A stretch of DNA of 64,000 nt from Phoronis australis (lineage: Eukaryota > Animalia > Phoronida), in assembly GCA_002633005.1 (NCBI GenBank), contig NMRA01000054.1, positions 745,674 to 809,673 on the forward strand, in the 5' to 3' direction. The translations under genes were made by a program, and so were the position numbers. Under the pieces are notes generated by a model. The model worked only from the letters and a program-made list of their open reading frames with translations. It ran no database searches and was not told the DNA's origin. Shown here piece by piece: positions 1 to 12,611 of this stretch; the stretch's first letter is position 1; the number at the start of each line of letters is the position of its first letter.

Positions 1-280
1 GCAGAATAGTAAGTAAAGATATGTCTAACTAAATTTCACCGTAATTTGTTGGCGAAAACAATTTACACAAAGTTTTAAACTCGTAACTTATCCCGCTGTC
101 CTCCAATATGGCCGACGCGATCCAAACAAAGTGACCCAAATTTCGCCACAAAACTTGCAATAACTTTACACTGCTTGCCACGATTTTGATACTTTTTCGA
201 TTTTTACTGAGTAGAATGTACTACCTTTCCGATGATAGTAAAGTACTTTTTCAAAACGAGGAAAAAAATAAAACCGAAAA

Positions 281-745
281 AAAATGGTTCGACCCATATT
301 GGTTCCTAGGTTCGACCCGCCTACGTAGGAACTAAACACCAATGCTATTTTAACATACTAAGTACGCGTAACATTCCAAAAAATCAACGACCACTAACTA
401 CAAACTATAAATACACTACATATGCAAACGAATCACGAGATATTACTAATAAAACAAAATAATGAAGACTTTTCGAGCAAGCCATAGCACATTCAGTTAC
501 AAGGAAAAAATCAAGGCGGCGTTCAGGACAAGTTCCTGAACTGATGAGCCGGAAATGTGGGTACGGAAATAACCGATGACAACCGGTAATCATACACTCA
601 GAGAGAAGGGTCAAATACTGTTAAAAAATCGCTTTTGGCAAGAAAGGCGAAAAGAATATAAAGAAAGGGTGTCGAAAATAAGAATTTATGTAGTAAGTAT
701 TTTCGGATACTAGAACCACATGGGCAGTTTGCAACAAGGACTTTC
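281..745 (+). repeat. Right part of a Kolobok-type non-autonomous element, near-identical to 21331-21793
   Basis: ~465-bp direct repeat of the sequence after the first gap; ends AGGACTTT(C)AA. The left end is probably before the window start. Confidence 0.8.
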
Positions 746-814
746 AATAGTTTCTTTTTTGGGTTAACCCAGCTCGACACAGTGGGATGCCTTGTATACT
801 TTAAACCAGACGTG

Positions 815-954
815 CGTTCAGTAACGCTAGGACCTACGCTAGGACCTAGCTAAAATCGAGCAAAAGTCACGTGATCTAATTTAAAATACACGGCAATATC
901 TCACGTAATCTCGCAAAGTCTTGCTTTTTAGCGAGGTCCTAGCGTTACTGAACG
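815..954. mobile_element. MITE family A (TIR CGTTCAGTAACGCTAGGACCT)
   Basis: Terminal inverted repeats; related copies at 63431-63558 and partial copies at ~27790-27940 and ~28650-28790. Confidence 0.75.
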
Positions 955-2156
955 TCGGAGGCAGGTTTCACTGAACCCACTCCCTGTAAAAAAGAGCTAC
1001 ATGGAGCGTTGAAATGCACCCAGGACGGCAATGCAATTCCAGAGTTATTCTTAACTGACTTATTTTGAGAAAAAAATCCATTCGGAAGCACAGCAGTGGT
1101 CCAATTGTTGTCGAGTTTAAAATATGTCTACACACGCCAAATTGTGAACTTTCAAAGGGTTGAGTAGATATCAACACAGATGTCAACAAGAGCAACGCGG
1201 AGCGTTGAAATTTGCCCACGATAGCACTGCAATTAAAGGTGTGCTTCAATGAGTATGCTTTAGAATTATAAGAATGTCCATTAAACGCCGCATATTTCGT
1301 CAACTCATCCGAATTGAGAGAGTGGCGCCTTCTCCGCAAAACATAACTATTTGCAGAATTTCATGAAAGTAAGCTAACCCTAAGCTATAGAGGCAAACGT
1401 CAAAATAACATTAGGGGCTAATGCATGCTATAGTCCGATTTGTCTGTAACTCGTCATCTCTTGCCATTGTCGTCTCTCATGGCAGAGAGGCTAATTTTTA
1501 GCCGACCGGTCGTCGACCAATTTCCGACCGGTCGGACAAAAATTTGTGATGTGTGCTGTAAAGAAACAAATAAATTCCCACGCCTAGTCATATACCGACA
1601 GTGATGCACCCCAAAATGAGGTGCGTTTTATCCTTTGTCCCGTAAAGCGCAAGGCACTGGGATGCAGCCATTTAGCCAGAGGGTCACAGTAGCATTAAAT
1701 TTTAACCGCTTAATAAAACGACCCCAAGAGTCACTTTCTGACATTGAAAGGGGACCAAGGGTCGTTTTAGGACCATGGAAAATTAGGCCTAGTCAAGTTT
1801 TCTAGTTTGAGCAAAGATAGTTAGGATCTTGCGGCGTTGAGGACGACGAGTGGATGCTAGAGAATGCAGGGCGGAGTACGCTTCTGTTCTTGGTTTCATG
1901 AAATCCTTAAAAATGTCTCCACCTGGACATATGTTTAAGAAGCTGACAAGATTCCAACGACTGTAGTGTCATTTCTTCACGCGCTCAAATTTCCTCTCAT
2001 ACTCCATAAAAACGACACCGTTGTTCTTTTTCAAAATTTGATGCTATGAAATCGGTTTCCGACTTATCCTAAATTTACCATGGCCCAGCTGATCTGATAA
2101 TTCTTGGCAACATAAACACTCGTATTTCAATGCACAGACTTACTTTCTATCAAAAG

Positions 2157-2329
2157 GAAAATCGACAGGGATTGTGACGACCACTTCTATAACCCATGCA
2201 ACCCCGGCGGCTGCATATGCAAGCAGCCCTTCACGGATGTGGGAGACAGACGCTGACATTCCGAGTCAAGCCAGGGGTCATTGCAAAGATATTGGAGTTC
2301 AGCTGATTGAAAGGGGAAAGGACATTCAG
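2157..2329 (+). CDS. ALPL: Alkaline phosphatase, internal exon (first visible; 5' exons lie upstream of the window)
   Basis: aag| acceptor; encodes GKSTGIVTTTSITHATPAAAYASSPSRMWETD...CKDIGVQLIERGKDIQ, resembling vertebrate ALPL [22 protein letters not shown]..R; donor |gtgaga, phase 0. The symbol denotes the family, not established orthology. Confidence 0.93.
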
Positions 2330-3099
2330 GTGAGATTCGCACAGCGTAATGCAGTTGTATGCTTCAACCACGTATAATTAGAGAGAGAACAGAGATGCAC
2401 ACACTGATATACGTGAAAACTATAAAACGACCTCATTCATATTACACTGTGTGACCTTCACCCACAGGCCTGTGAGTAAGTAGCCAATGACTGTATTTTT
2501 GTATTAATTTTGTCTGCATAACCTTTATTGGCTGTAGTATATTTCTGACGTTCAAACGCATAGGGTAGGAATTTGATGAAACCCTAGACATTTGGACAAT
2601 AGTGTTATGGAGATGTGTTTTTGTAAGCAAAGAAGCAATACAATGGTTGTTTACTGTTCACAAGTTTACAAATAATACGAATTTTCGGGTTTTATAGTTG
2701 AACGTACGGAGTTTTGTTCCATGACAAGTAAAATGAGCCAGAGACCGTAAAATAGGCAGAAAATATTAAGACTGGAGGCACTGGTGGTCTTTAAAAGTCC
2801 AGTGCATTAGTTGTGGAAAGACAAAGTTGTCCGATAAAGTTTACTTTCTGAACATAGTAATGCGCATAGCTGGTACATTCATAAGGCAAAGCTCAGTATA
2901 AGACTCGGACACCATCCTTATCCTAAGACTGATACGCAAATATTACTTCGATACGTTGCTCTTCAGTATATGCCTTCATTTCCACTGGGTACAACTAAGT
3001 GAATTACATCAGTAGGTCCACGTTTTCCCCAGCTCCATGTTTGACAAAAAACCCACTTTACTGTTCTAATAATTTACGACGAAAAACGTTTTTCGATAG

Positions 3100-3301
3100 G
3101 TTCTCCTCGGAGGCGGTAGAGCGCACTTATTGCCGCACGATGCGACTGACCCCGAATATCCGAACGTGAACGGCACGCGACGCGACGGCAGACGACTGAT
3201 CGACGAATGGATTAAGGGGAAAAAGAACGACAAGTTCGCGTACGTTTGGAACAAGACGGAGTTGTTAAAAGTTAACCCTAAAAACACAGACTATTTGTTA
3301 G
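3100..3301 (+). CDS. ALPL: Alkaline phosphatase exon
   Basis: tag|VLLGGGRAHLLPHDATDPEYP...GTRRDGRRLIDEW...NPKNTDYLLG; ends TTAG|gcaagt (GC donor, phase 1). Confidence 0.93.
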
Positions 3302-4364
3302 GCAAGTTGGCTACCTTTTCTGATTAGTTACGCACCTTCGCGATTAGGCGTGGGCATGCACGTTCGCTCTTTTTCATAATTACCGTTGATGTAGTGGTTT
3401 TGCTGTGTGTGCGGACATTTGCGTCAGGTAAACATGTCCGTGATTCTCATGTGTTAAAATTTGATTTTTGCTAAAGTGGTAGTAAATTTCTCCTATTCCA
3501 ATCTGGGTTGCTGACATCAATGAGCTTCTGAAATACAAACAAGAAACAGACAGCATTTATTTTGTCATGGCGTGTAAACTCATTACCTGCTGCATATATG
3601 CCTGAAGGACATTATGTTAAAAAAGCAAAGTAGGTTCCGACCTATATTTTTGAGGTAGGTCGTGCGGGTTTTTTAGTTTTTCACTTTTTCAAGAAAGAAA
3701 AACCCACCTGAGACGAGAAAGATAATGCGGTATTTGGCTCTTTTTACTCGGCGCTTGGCAAATCATGTCCATTCAAACCATGCTTACCCTTACTTACTTG
3801 CCTTGTGCGTAGTATAGTAAGAGGTTTAGGACGCCCGTTTTTGCAGCTCCTCGGTCAAAGGTCATAAATCCGAGAGGCAAGGTCAAAGGTCACATGGGAT
3901 GGACATCATCCGCCTACCGGACGGATGTGTCAATGACGTCACACCTCATGACGTAATAGGTTTAATTAGACGCGTTAGAGAGACACCTCGATCTTCATGG
4001 CATGTTTTTGCGGCTACAGTCGCAACGGATTGAGAGCCGAAATAAAAGAGGGATTACACTGCGTTCGCTAAGTGTCGTCGTTGTATATTGTTCTTATATA
4101 TCAAAAACAGATGCTGCGTATATTCCGCTACAAATGATAAGGGGATAACCACCTAACTCAACAACATATGTCGCGTAAAGTCTTACCTAGGTACCGACGG
4201 TACTAAACTTGTGACCACCTAAAATAAAACATAAAACTGATATTGTTTAAACGTGTATTAAAGACAAAGTAAATTCGAATACACTGCAAAAATCACCAAG
4301 ACGTTCAGACACCTTATCCGTAAAAGTAGTAAATTATTAGTAGCAAATTATTAAATGTCCCGAA

Positions 4365-4990
4365 TTAAATGCTCAAAGGTCCAGTGCTGACGTGGTCGTC
4401 GAACACTTGTCTTTTGGGATAAAAGTAGGCGAACGCGCACCTCTCTTGCAGGTAGGTATACATAGTGTTATCGCCTCCTAACCGAGATCCTTTGTTGAGG
4501 ACCGAGCTACTCTTCGTGGTCTGAAACACTTTGAGATACCTCGCCTTGTCTATTCATTTCTCTGTCGTTGTACTCCTTTACAGCTAAAATGAGATTTACC
4601 GTCGTCCGCCCACACGTATTACGTTTTAGAGCAAAGCGCGATGCAGCAGTCCCCTTCAAATTCCAGTTTCAATAATCCGGTCGTGTGCGTGTCGCAAGCT
4701 TCGTTTTCTTCCGTGTCCATTCGCGGAAACCAAAGATGTTTTTCCCTCTCGAAAGCTGTTCGCATGTCTGGTTTAATCACGTCCTCAAGACAGTTACCGG
4801 ATATAGCCATGTATGCCGAGTCTGTGTCCATCTATCAATATTCGAAATCGGGTCTGTCGTCGACATGAAGTCGTAGTAAAACTCCAACATGCGCAACTTT
4901 GCGCACGGATAAACAAAGAAGCCTATTTGAAGCGGCAGTTTCAGGCGGATGGTCTCCTTTTTCATCTCCAATTCGTTGTAGTTGACGAGT
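4365..4990 (-). pseudogene. Protein-primed DNA polymerase B (pPolB) C-terminal remnant of the Polinton
   Basis: LPLQIGFFVYPCAKLRMLEFYYDF / MDTDSAYMAISG (DTDS catalytic motif) / TGLLKLEFEGDCCIALCSKT / YFYPKRQVFDDHVSTGPLSI*; frameshifts and stops. Confidence 0.9.
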
Positions 4991-6479
4991 CTAATTTTAG
5001 TCCTCCATTTGCAATTTAATGAGATTATGCATGTTTAAAGGTAGTTTAAGAAATGGGGCTATTCGGAGTGCTGTACTAGTGGTGATTGAATTGCACATGC
5101 GTCGTTGTCTGCATGTAAACAGCTGGTAAAAAGACGGAATTGTTGTCAAAATACGTCGACCCGCTAAGCCTTATTTTTGTTATTTTCCCTGGTGCAAGAC
5201 TTCTACAGGTGGTCACAAATTCCCATAAGACCCAGTAAGGTTACTACATTTCCATGGCATTGGGAGACTACATAACGTTACTTGGTAAGTTTTCAGCAAT
5301 CAGTTTCTATCGACATCGTTCGGTGATGTTATCCCCACCAGTTACCTCACTAAATAACGGGTTCATAATTATTGAGTGGGACTAAGTGTTGTTTTCGGAA
5401 ACTCACACGGGACTCGGATGCCGAGTAGGCTAGCAGCACATATTCACATATTGTCCTGGGTGGGAGTGCGCTCAATATAAGAGGTGTATGGTACGTGACG
5501 CTCAGAAGTCAAGGATGACTTTTTCACAGCAGTTTCTCTTCAAAGCTATGCTATGTCCAATAAAATTCTCTAGATGAGTGAGTTTCCTTATTTTATATCG
5601 AACCCCACCCCCAGGACTACCAGATTAGTTACCGAATTAACATGAATATGCTATTCAGTAAATATTGTAACATTGCATTGGAATAAAAATTGACACCTAG
5701 AATGAACTTTACTTGTTGAGATCAGAAGCACATTTTAGGTGCCATGAAAAATACACATTGTTACATCACTTTTAGCCTGTTTCACATATTTTAATTCAGA
5801 TCTTAGATAAGACTTCGGTACAAAGATTATTAGTTTCTACATATAAACATGAAGATGAAACGTCAAGTATGTTCTGCCTTACAAAGGTAGTTTTGTCTTG
5901 CATTTTCTTTTATAATTTGCTAATATTTCTCTGACTGTTCTGTTACAGGTGAGAGAAAACGACTGAAACCAGCCGCCTGACTGTCTATTTTACCTTTCGG
6001 ACAAAGTGAAAAGCAATCCTTCATCAATAACCTGAGAGAATTGAACGTAATTCAGAAAGTCAGCCCTTGATATGCCTGGTTATGGACTTCGTTGCATTGG
6101 AAAAATTACAATTGTTTTTAACAATGTTAATTCTTTGTATGTATGTGGTTGTTCAGTTTGCCATTTTGTTTTTAAATATACTGTTAATTGTTTATTCTGG
6201 AATCTTGTGCATAACACAGGGAATACTTCATTTTGATCGCTGCGCATTTCTATAGGTCAACAGGAAAATGACAGTTCGCAAGCGTATTCGGCAATCATTT
6301 TAGGTTTATAAAGAATAACCACAATTGCACTGTATGGGGCTTTAAAACTGAAGAAATGTTGTGGTTTCAATGATTGACCTATCGCAAGCTCCGCCCCTAT
6401 GCGAAAAGTCACGTGATACCCGACATTCGAACGAGATGTCAGAGGCAAATACACTGTCGCTAAACGACGTTCCTGGTGG

Positions 6480-6706
6480 AATCGATGAGTGTTTTTGCAC
6501 TATTTGAAAACGCTTCGACAGAGACAAGAGGCGATGCTTTTCAACAGTGAATCGTACGTTCATGATATGGGAATTTGTGAAGATGACGATGCAAAAATAA
6601 GTGCTCGAGAAGCCAGCGAAAATCCGAAGAACCCCTCGGCCTCGGGGCCACCTTCACCTGACAAATGACAAGGCCACTGATACGATATGTTCATGTAAAG
6701 CTGGGT
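6480..6706 (+). mobile_element. Remnant of a SWIM-zinc-finger transposon accessory gene (Kolobok KolX / YqaJ-SWIM type), nested in the Polinton
   Basis: Frameshifted ESYVHD...KCSRSQRKSEEP...TICSCKAG followed by a GT donor; CxCxAG is the start of a SWIM motif. Confidence 0.5.
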
Positions 6707-8043
6707 ATGTACCTTAACGTCGAATTATCTGAACGATTCCATAGATTTCATGATCTTTCGAATAAAATCGGTGAAGATTCACCGATATTTTTATTCTGTC
6801 GTCTGCCAATTTCGCCAAATGAAAAGTAGGTGGGACTCCTGGAGTAAAGTAGGTCATAGATTACAGACAACACATGCGCTATAGACTCTAATTAGATCAA
6901 TTCGATAGCTTTTCTAATCTTGTAACGAAATACTTTGATCAAAAAATTCAGGTTCATAGCTCAGGTACACACTCATCTCGTCCTGGGCAAACAGTTAGCT
7001 CCGGTAGGTCTAGGGCTGTGTCTAAGTAAAATTAATGTCTGGAATTCAGTGGCGGATCTAGGATACCACAGGGGGCCCAACATATGTTGCCTCGTGGAAT
7101 TGGGCAAAGTGCGATTGTATGTGCACAGGCTGCCCGAAAGTTGCAGGGGCCAGGGATGTAGACCGTTGGACCTTCTGTTCAGAAAATCTATCTGTGGACT
7201 AAAAAAAAAACAGGAACACGATTCCGCCGCGATCTGGGGTCTGAGCCCCCCTCTTCCATTACCGGTCCTAGTTACTGAACTCAATATTTCCTCACACTTT
7301 TGCTGTTTCATTTTGCTTGCGGCCGCCATCCTTTAAAAATAGCTGTCCCTTAATTTTCAAAGGCTTTGTTCGTTGTCTCCAATATAGAAAGTAGGTTTTG
7401 ACAACAGATCTGCACTGGATGGGAAGATCTTGCTGGTTAGCTGCAGTCAAAACCAATTTTTGTTCATTCAAGCACATTGCAGAAGCGATGCATATCCCTT
7501 CTGCACGGTACAAGCCCTCAAACCTAAAAACCAAAGGTCACGTGAAAACAGACATGATAGATTTCCATTTCAACGTGTAATAGATTTCCGGAAGACATCG
7601 GATAATCGGTATTTGTCACATAACCTTTGCCATTGGGCTTGGATTGTAATCTTACTAACCAATATCGAGTTGACTGCATAAACATTCAGCATTAATTGAT
7701 GTAACTGTCACTGATAAACCTGTTAGAAATCATTCCAAACAATAATACTGCTTTGATGTACGAAAACATCCAGAGTGCTGCGTCAAGTATCGTAACACAC
7801 ATCACAAGAAAGATTAACCCGACTAGCGACTGCGGCGAAGTCGACATTGGCAAGTACCTCAGTTAACAGGCATCGGTAGAATAAACATGGAATAATCGTT
7901 AAAATAATCACAAACCTTACCTTTGTATAAGGTCGGGCTTAGCACCCTTTTCACACAATTTCAGATTCAGTTGGCACGGCAAGCCATTTCACCATGTATT
8001 TAAAGGGCTCGCGAAATCGAGGCTGCTTAAACTATCACCACTA

Positions 8044-8615
8044 CTTACTGGTTCCCTGCGTGCTTAGCCCAGCCAGCACGCAGGTATCACGCAGTGGCAC
8101 GCGCTTTAGCATTGGTCGATGTAACCTCGGCACTCATTGGTTAGCTTAACAGCACCGTGAAAAAATGGCGGACTGTCATGGAAGTGGCGCCTCGCAGTAA
8201 CTATTTCGTTTCTGCAGTGGTGTTTAATAGCCGCGTGCTTGAAGCACATAAATGTACAATAAAAATATATCTGGCCGATTTAACCGGTGTGTTATTCATA
8301 CTGTATGGATACAGGACACTGTTGTAAACAAAAGTCATCGACAGTAGAAAGATGCATTCCGGTCGAAAAGGCACAATCACAATTTCTATGCTTCACATTT
8401 CCTGAACATAAATTTTAAGCACCGATTTGTCTGTGCAACAGACCACATTTACATTTCAGTCCATCAGTCATGCCAGTTTTTTGCGTAAAGCGCTGCCTGT
8501 TTAGAATTCGACTAGCCAATCAGAAACGCCGGTGTAAAACAATTTCCCGAGGAATGTGATCATACCTGCTGGCGCGGCTACCGCCCCACCTAGCGGCACG
8601 CAGGAAACCAGCGAG
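8044..8615. mobile_element. Non-autonomous DNA transposon (MITE) with ~20-bp TIRs and a 9-bp TSD (MULE-like)
   Basis: CTTACTGGTTCCCTGCGTGC ... GCACGCAGGAAACCAGCGAG; TCACCACTA duplicated at 8035-8043 and 8616-8624. Confidence 0.8.
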
Positions 8616-8885
8616 TCACCACTAGTACGCGCGCCCTCTAGTTAATGCAAATTTTCCGAATTTGATATTAGAAACTAAGAAAATTGCCTAAGAGCTGTTG
8701 GTCGACAAAATAACACCAATTTTCATAACGAACAAGTCACAGTTGGAAAGTTATAATCGTCTCAAGGTAACTGTCATACAAAAATTAGAAAACTTTGGGA
8801 CTTTTTCGGCATCAATGACGTCTTTGATTTGTGACGTCGTGCTATTGTTGACGTACATTGTACGTAATCATTAATCATTTGTATA

Positions 8886-9890
8886 ATGGACCTACTAATG
8901 GCTACCGGATGGAAATTAGAAAATTTGCTCGAAAATATGACATTATGTTTAGTGTGGTGTGTTAGTTGTATTTCTCAATTTGTTTTGAGAATGACTGATA
9001 AAGTAGTGTCTTTTGTGTGGAGCTTCATGTTCGGTAACGCAGACCATTGCACAAACATCGACGATGAAAAATGATTGGCCGAAGTCTTGGACGCTGCTAT
9101 CGCTCTCAATGAAGCGGAGCCTGATATTAGAGTAAAAGAAATCTACGATGGCTACATAAATGACTTGCGTTGCTATCAAAGTGAGTTGTTATGCCGAAAA
9201 TCTGAGGCAAACGCATAACCCACAAGCAAACAGCCCCCATCGAGTATTTCATAGAATGCGAGACGAAAAAGGCGACAAAAATCGAGCAGAACAACGCATG
9301 GGAAACCGCAGAGCCCCAGTTACTGGAGAGAAAAGATCCAATGTCGGCTACATGCAGTGCTAACAAGCCAGAGAAAACTCAGGTACAGGAAACCGATACT
9401 GATGTCGAAGAGACCATCGTTAGATCTCCAATTCCTTACAATCCAGACAGCGTTCACGGTCGACTTTCTGGAAAACGTTAAGCCCACTGGTCCCGCGGCG
9501 TTACTCCAGAGTGCAATTTGTCCTGCCAAACATGTCACCAGAAGCTTCTGTAGCCCTCAACGCGATGCTGAGGACATCGTGATTACGAAATCTCGCACCG
9601 ACAAATCAAGTGGCGTTGTATACATTCGTGAGGACGACGGCAACCCATATGGTGTCAATGCGACATTTTCTGATGCAGTATGCCTTGATGTTACAGAGAA
9701 CACCAGCACCTCCGCTTCCGCTTACGATGCACAAAATGTTAAACAGGGTTTCTTCAACAAGAAATTGAAGACGACTTTCAGAAAGAATGACCGCTCTACC
9801 AAAGTCTCCACAAGCCCCTCCACCAAAGGCCACAGTGTCGTTCCACGATGGCAAAGAATGTTGTGCTGCATTGCCGCCGAATATGAATAG
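8886..9890 (+). pseudogene. Intronless, decayed ORF of unknown function inside the Polinton
   Basis: Protein-like segments in shifting frames (LAEVLDAAIALNEAEPDIRVKEIYDGYINDL; IEYFIECETKKATKIEQNNAWETAEPQLLE; 177-aa ORF 9357-9890 ending RWQRMLCCIAAEYE*); AATAAA at ~10108. Confidence 0.45.
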
Positions 9891-11023
9891 GTAGAAGCTA
9901 ATGGACTAATTTATAAGCTCCGTGCTGAGCGATTTTCGTTTCTTTTTTGTTGTTTTTTAGATAGTATAAAATACGTATGCTGCACATCCATGTATTTCCC
10001 ACAGCCACCACTTTTCTGCTGTGAGCTGAATTTTAACCAGTGAGTGTGCTTAAATAAAATGCATAGGCAATTCAAGCGTTTCTCTGATTTTGGGCTGATG
10101 AGTACAGAATAAATAAACAAAAGCGTGCACACATAAATCAGATTACTAGTTGCAGATAACCCACTCGATTAACAAAATTACGCCACCAATATTTCTTCGG
10201 GACTGGAAAAATTGCGAGTTTCAATTACAACCTGTAGTCCAGCTTCAGCAGAAAGCGAAGAAATGCAGGAATGTGACTAGCAGAAGCATTTTCTTCTATG
10301 CAATTGCTGTTGCAGGGTTTTTATCTATCAACAGCTGGGCATTGGAGCTTCTTCCAATTTGCACGCCCCAGGGACGTGCAGACTTTTAATCATTTTGAAC
10401 TCGCTTCTATGAAAATTCTTGTCGTACACACATTCAAATTCCAGTAGAACTTACTAGAAAGCAGGTTGGTCTGTAAGTATAAGAAAACACCATCAATCTC
10501 AAAGCAACCGATCAACAAAGCTGTTGTTGAGTTGGGTGGTTATCCTCTTTCGTAGCGGAATATACACGACATTTGTTTTTGATCGATGAGACGACGACAC
10601 TTGGCCCACGCGCAATAAGGTACCTTTTGTTCTTATTCAGCAGCGTAATCCCTCTATTGTTTCGGCTCTCAGTCCGTTGCGAGGAGCCGCAAAAACGTGC
10701 CACAAAATCATCTAGGTGCCTCTCTAACGGGTCTAATTAAACCTATTACGTCATGACATGAGGTGTAACGTCATTGACACATCCGTCCGGTAGGCGGATG
10801 ATGTCCCTTCCAATTGCATCCATCGCATGTGACCTTTGACCTTTCCTCTTGGATTTATGACCTTTGACCGAGGAGCCGCAAAAACGGGTGTCCTAAAATT
10901 CTTACTATACTACTCTTGTGCATCTTTTTCAAAAAAAAATTGAGACCGCTGCTGAAATGCTTGGTGGTACCTTTTTCTTTAGTCTGTGAACGCAGATCTC
11001 AAAAATGAGTTTCGATGCAGACC

Positions 11024-11272
11024 AGGGGTCCGTTCCAAGAAACTGACTTAAGTTCATTTTTGACTTAAGCTTAAGATTTGTCTTAACTTCCAAACTTTGA
11101 AACTTCCACATTGGGTAAGGTAGTCACAATTAAGACAAAATTTATGTCAAACAATTAAGTCAAACTTAAGATCTCTTTTTTCAATTTGTTTTGAGACAAA
11201 TTTAACTTTTATTTTAAAATTTACTAAAATTTAAGATTTGTCTTAGCTAAGTCAGTTTTGTTGGAACGGGCA
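11024..11272. mobile_element. MITE family B (~245 bp, TIR GGGGCCCGTTCCAAGAAACTGACTTAAG; Harbinger/Tourist-like)
   Basis: Imperfect palindrome; further copies at ~12612-12858 and ~55512-55751. Confidence 0.75.
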
Positions 11273-11594
11273 GAACTCCAACCAATTGTGTTTTTTGGCC
11301 TTAAAACCATGATTATTTCAATTAAAATAAAACTTGTGGAAATGAGAAAAAATATTATTTTACACTGTGGAAGAAGTATTTTCAGGCAATTTACGAGGAA
11401 TGGTGAAAAACTGCAGCATCTTTCTCATGTTCAGCTTTTTATTTGCTTGGTGTTCTTTCGAAAATGATGGTATATTTTGAGAAATTTATCATTAAACTCT
11501 AACAGAGGTTCTTTCACGGGAGCTCTCCGTACCACTGTTATCCACGCCTGCTCCGCTACCATTCCGTCTGTACTGACTGCATCATTGTTTACAG

Positions 11595-11729
11595 GGTTAT
11601 TTGAGCCAGGTCACATGCAGTATTCGGTGGACAGGAATGAAACCACCGAGCCCTCGCTGGTGGAGATGACGGAAAAAGCCATAGAGATTCTTCAAAAGAA
11701 CAAGAACGGTTTCTTCCTTTTAGTAGAGG
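11595..11729 (+). CDS. ALPL: Alkaline phosphatase exon
   Basis: acag|(G)[45 protein letters not shown]|gtaag. Confidence 0.95.
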
Positions 11730-12611
11730 GTAAGCATTCTTAACACCAGACAAAGTCCAGCGCTGTTAGATTAAATTTAAGCTATGTGAAAAGTGGCGAA
11801 GGTTTTGAATCATTCTCAATTGTGGTGGAAGAGCCACTGTCGTTGACTGAACAAAGAAGTGCATACAAGGAATAGTCAATGGTCCAGGAGAGGGGTCCAG
11901 GGGTCTGGATCTGTCGTTTTTAACCAAAGTGGCAAAGAAATTTCACGGCAAAAATTGAGGATTTCCATTTTTTCATTTCTGCAAACCACCAAACGCAGAA
12001 ATGACGACACTAAATTGTATTACTGGTTTTCTACTATTGTTTGTAAATAGTTTGGCAGCAACCCTCTCGTTTATTTAATACACAACTGTGTTGTCGGCTG
12101 GCTGCTTTCACGCATACTCTTTAGAACTCTCGGTATATTTGTCGATCCTTCAGAGAACAACACTATACAGCGCAGATCACCAAGAGACATAACAATGTAT
12201 AAATGTACAAAAATACAGAGACTTCGAAAGAGTATGCATGAAAGCTGCCAACCGACAGCACCGCCGTGTATTCGATTAGCTCATTGTTTGTGATGTAAAA
12301 TTCTATTCAGTTAATTGTCGTTTATTTGGAACTCGCTTTCCTATACCGACAGTAGAAAGGCATTTAATCAAACCACGATATCGCAGAGCGGTCAAAAACT
12401 TTGAGCTTTTGCCTTATATTGCAGCATTTGTATACGGATTTTCGCTATTTAACAAAGCATATTAACTAATGCATAACAGTCTTTCCTGAGTGAAATGAAT
12501 AAACTATCTCTCTGCATCTATACCTGCCATCTATCAGCCTCATTATACAGTATATATCAATCTAACTTTACGTTTGTCTAATGTATAAAATGTAAACTCT
12601 CTGGAAAATTA

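Larger units (their letters stand above)
3808..10914 (-). mobile_element. Polinton/Maverick (adintovirus-like) element, internally deleted and degenerate, inside an ALP intron
   Basis: Inverted repeats ~3808-4166 and ~10522-10914. Termini (C)GTAGTATAGT...ACTATACTACT match the Polinton AGT-AGT type. 6-bp TSD CTTGTG at 3802-3807 and 10915-10920. Contains a protein-primed PolB remnant. Confidence 0.88.

Noticed and set aside
522-575. Hammerhead-like CTGATGAG...GAAA after a hairpin (also 21577-21625)
   Set aside because: Stem II does not pair beyond one G-C and no correctly placed NUH cleavage triplet or stem III is present
968-1339. 123-aa minus ORF and a short imperfect direct repeat (GGAGCGTTGAAAT..GCAATT)
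   Set aside because: No motif, intronic, and likely TE debris
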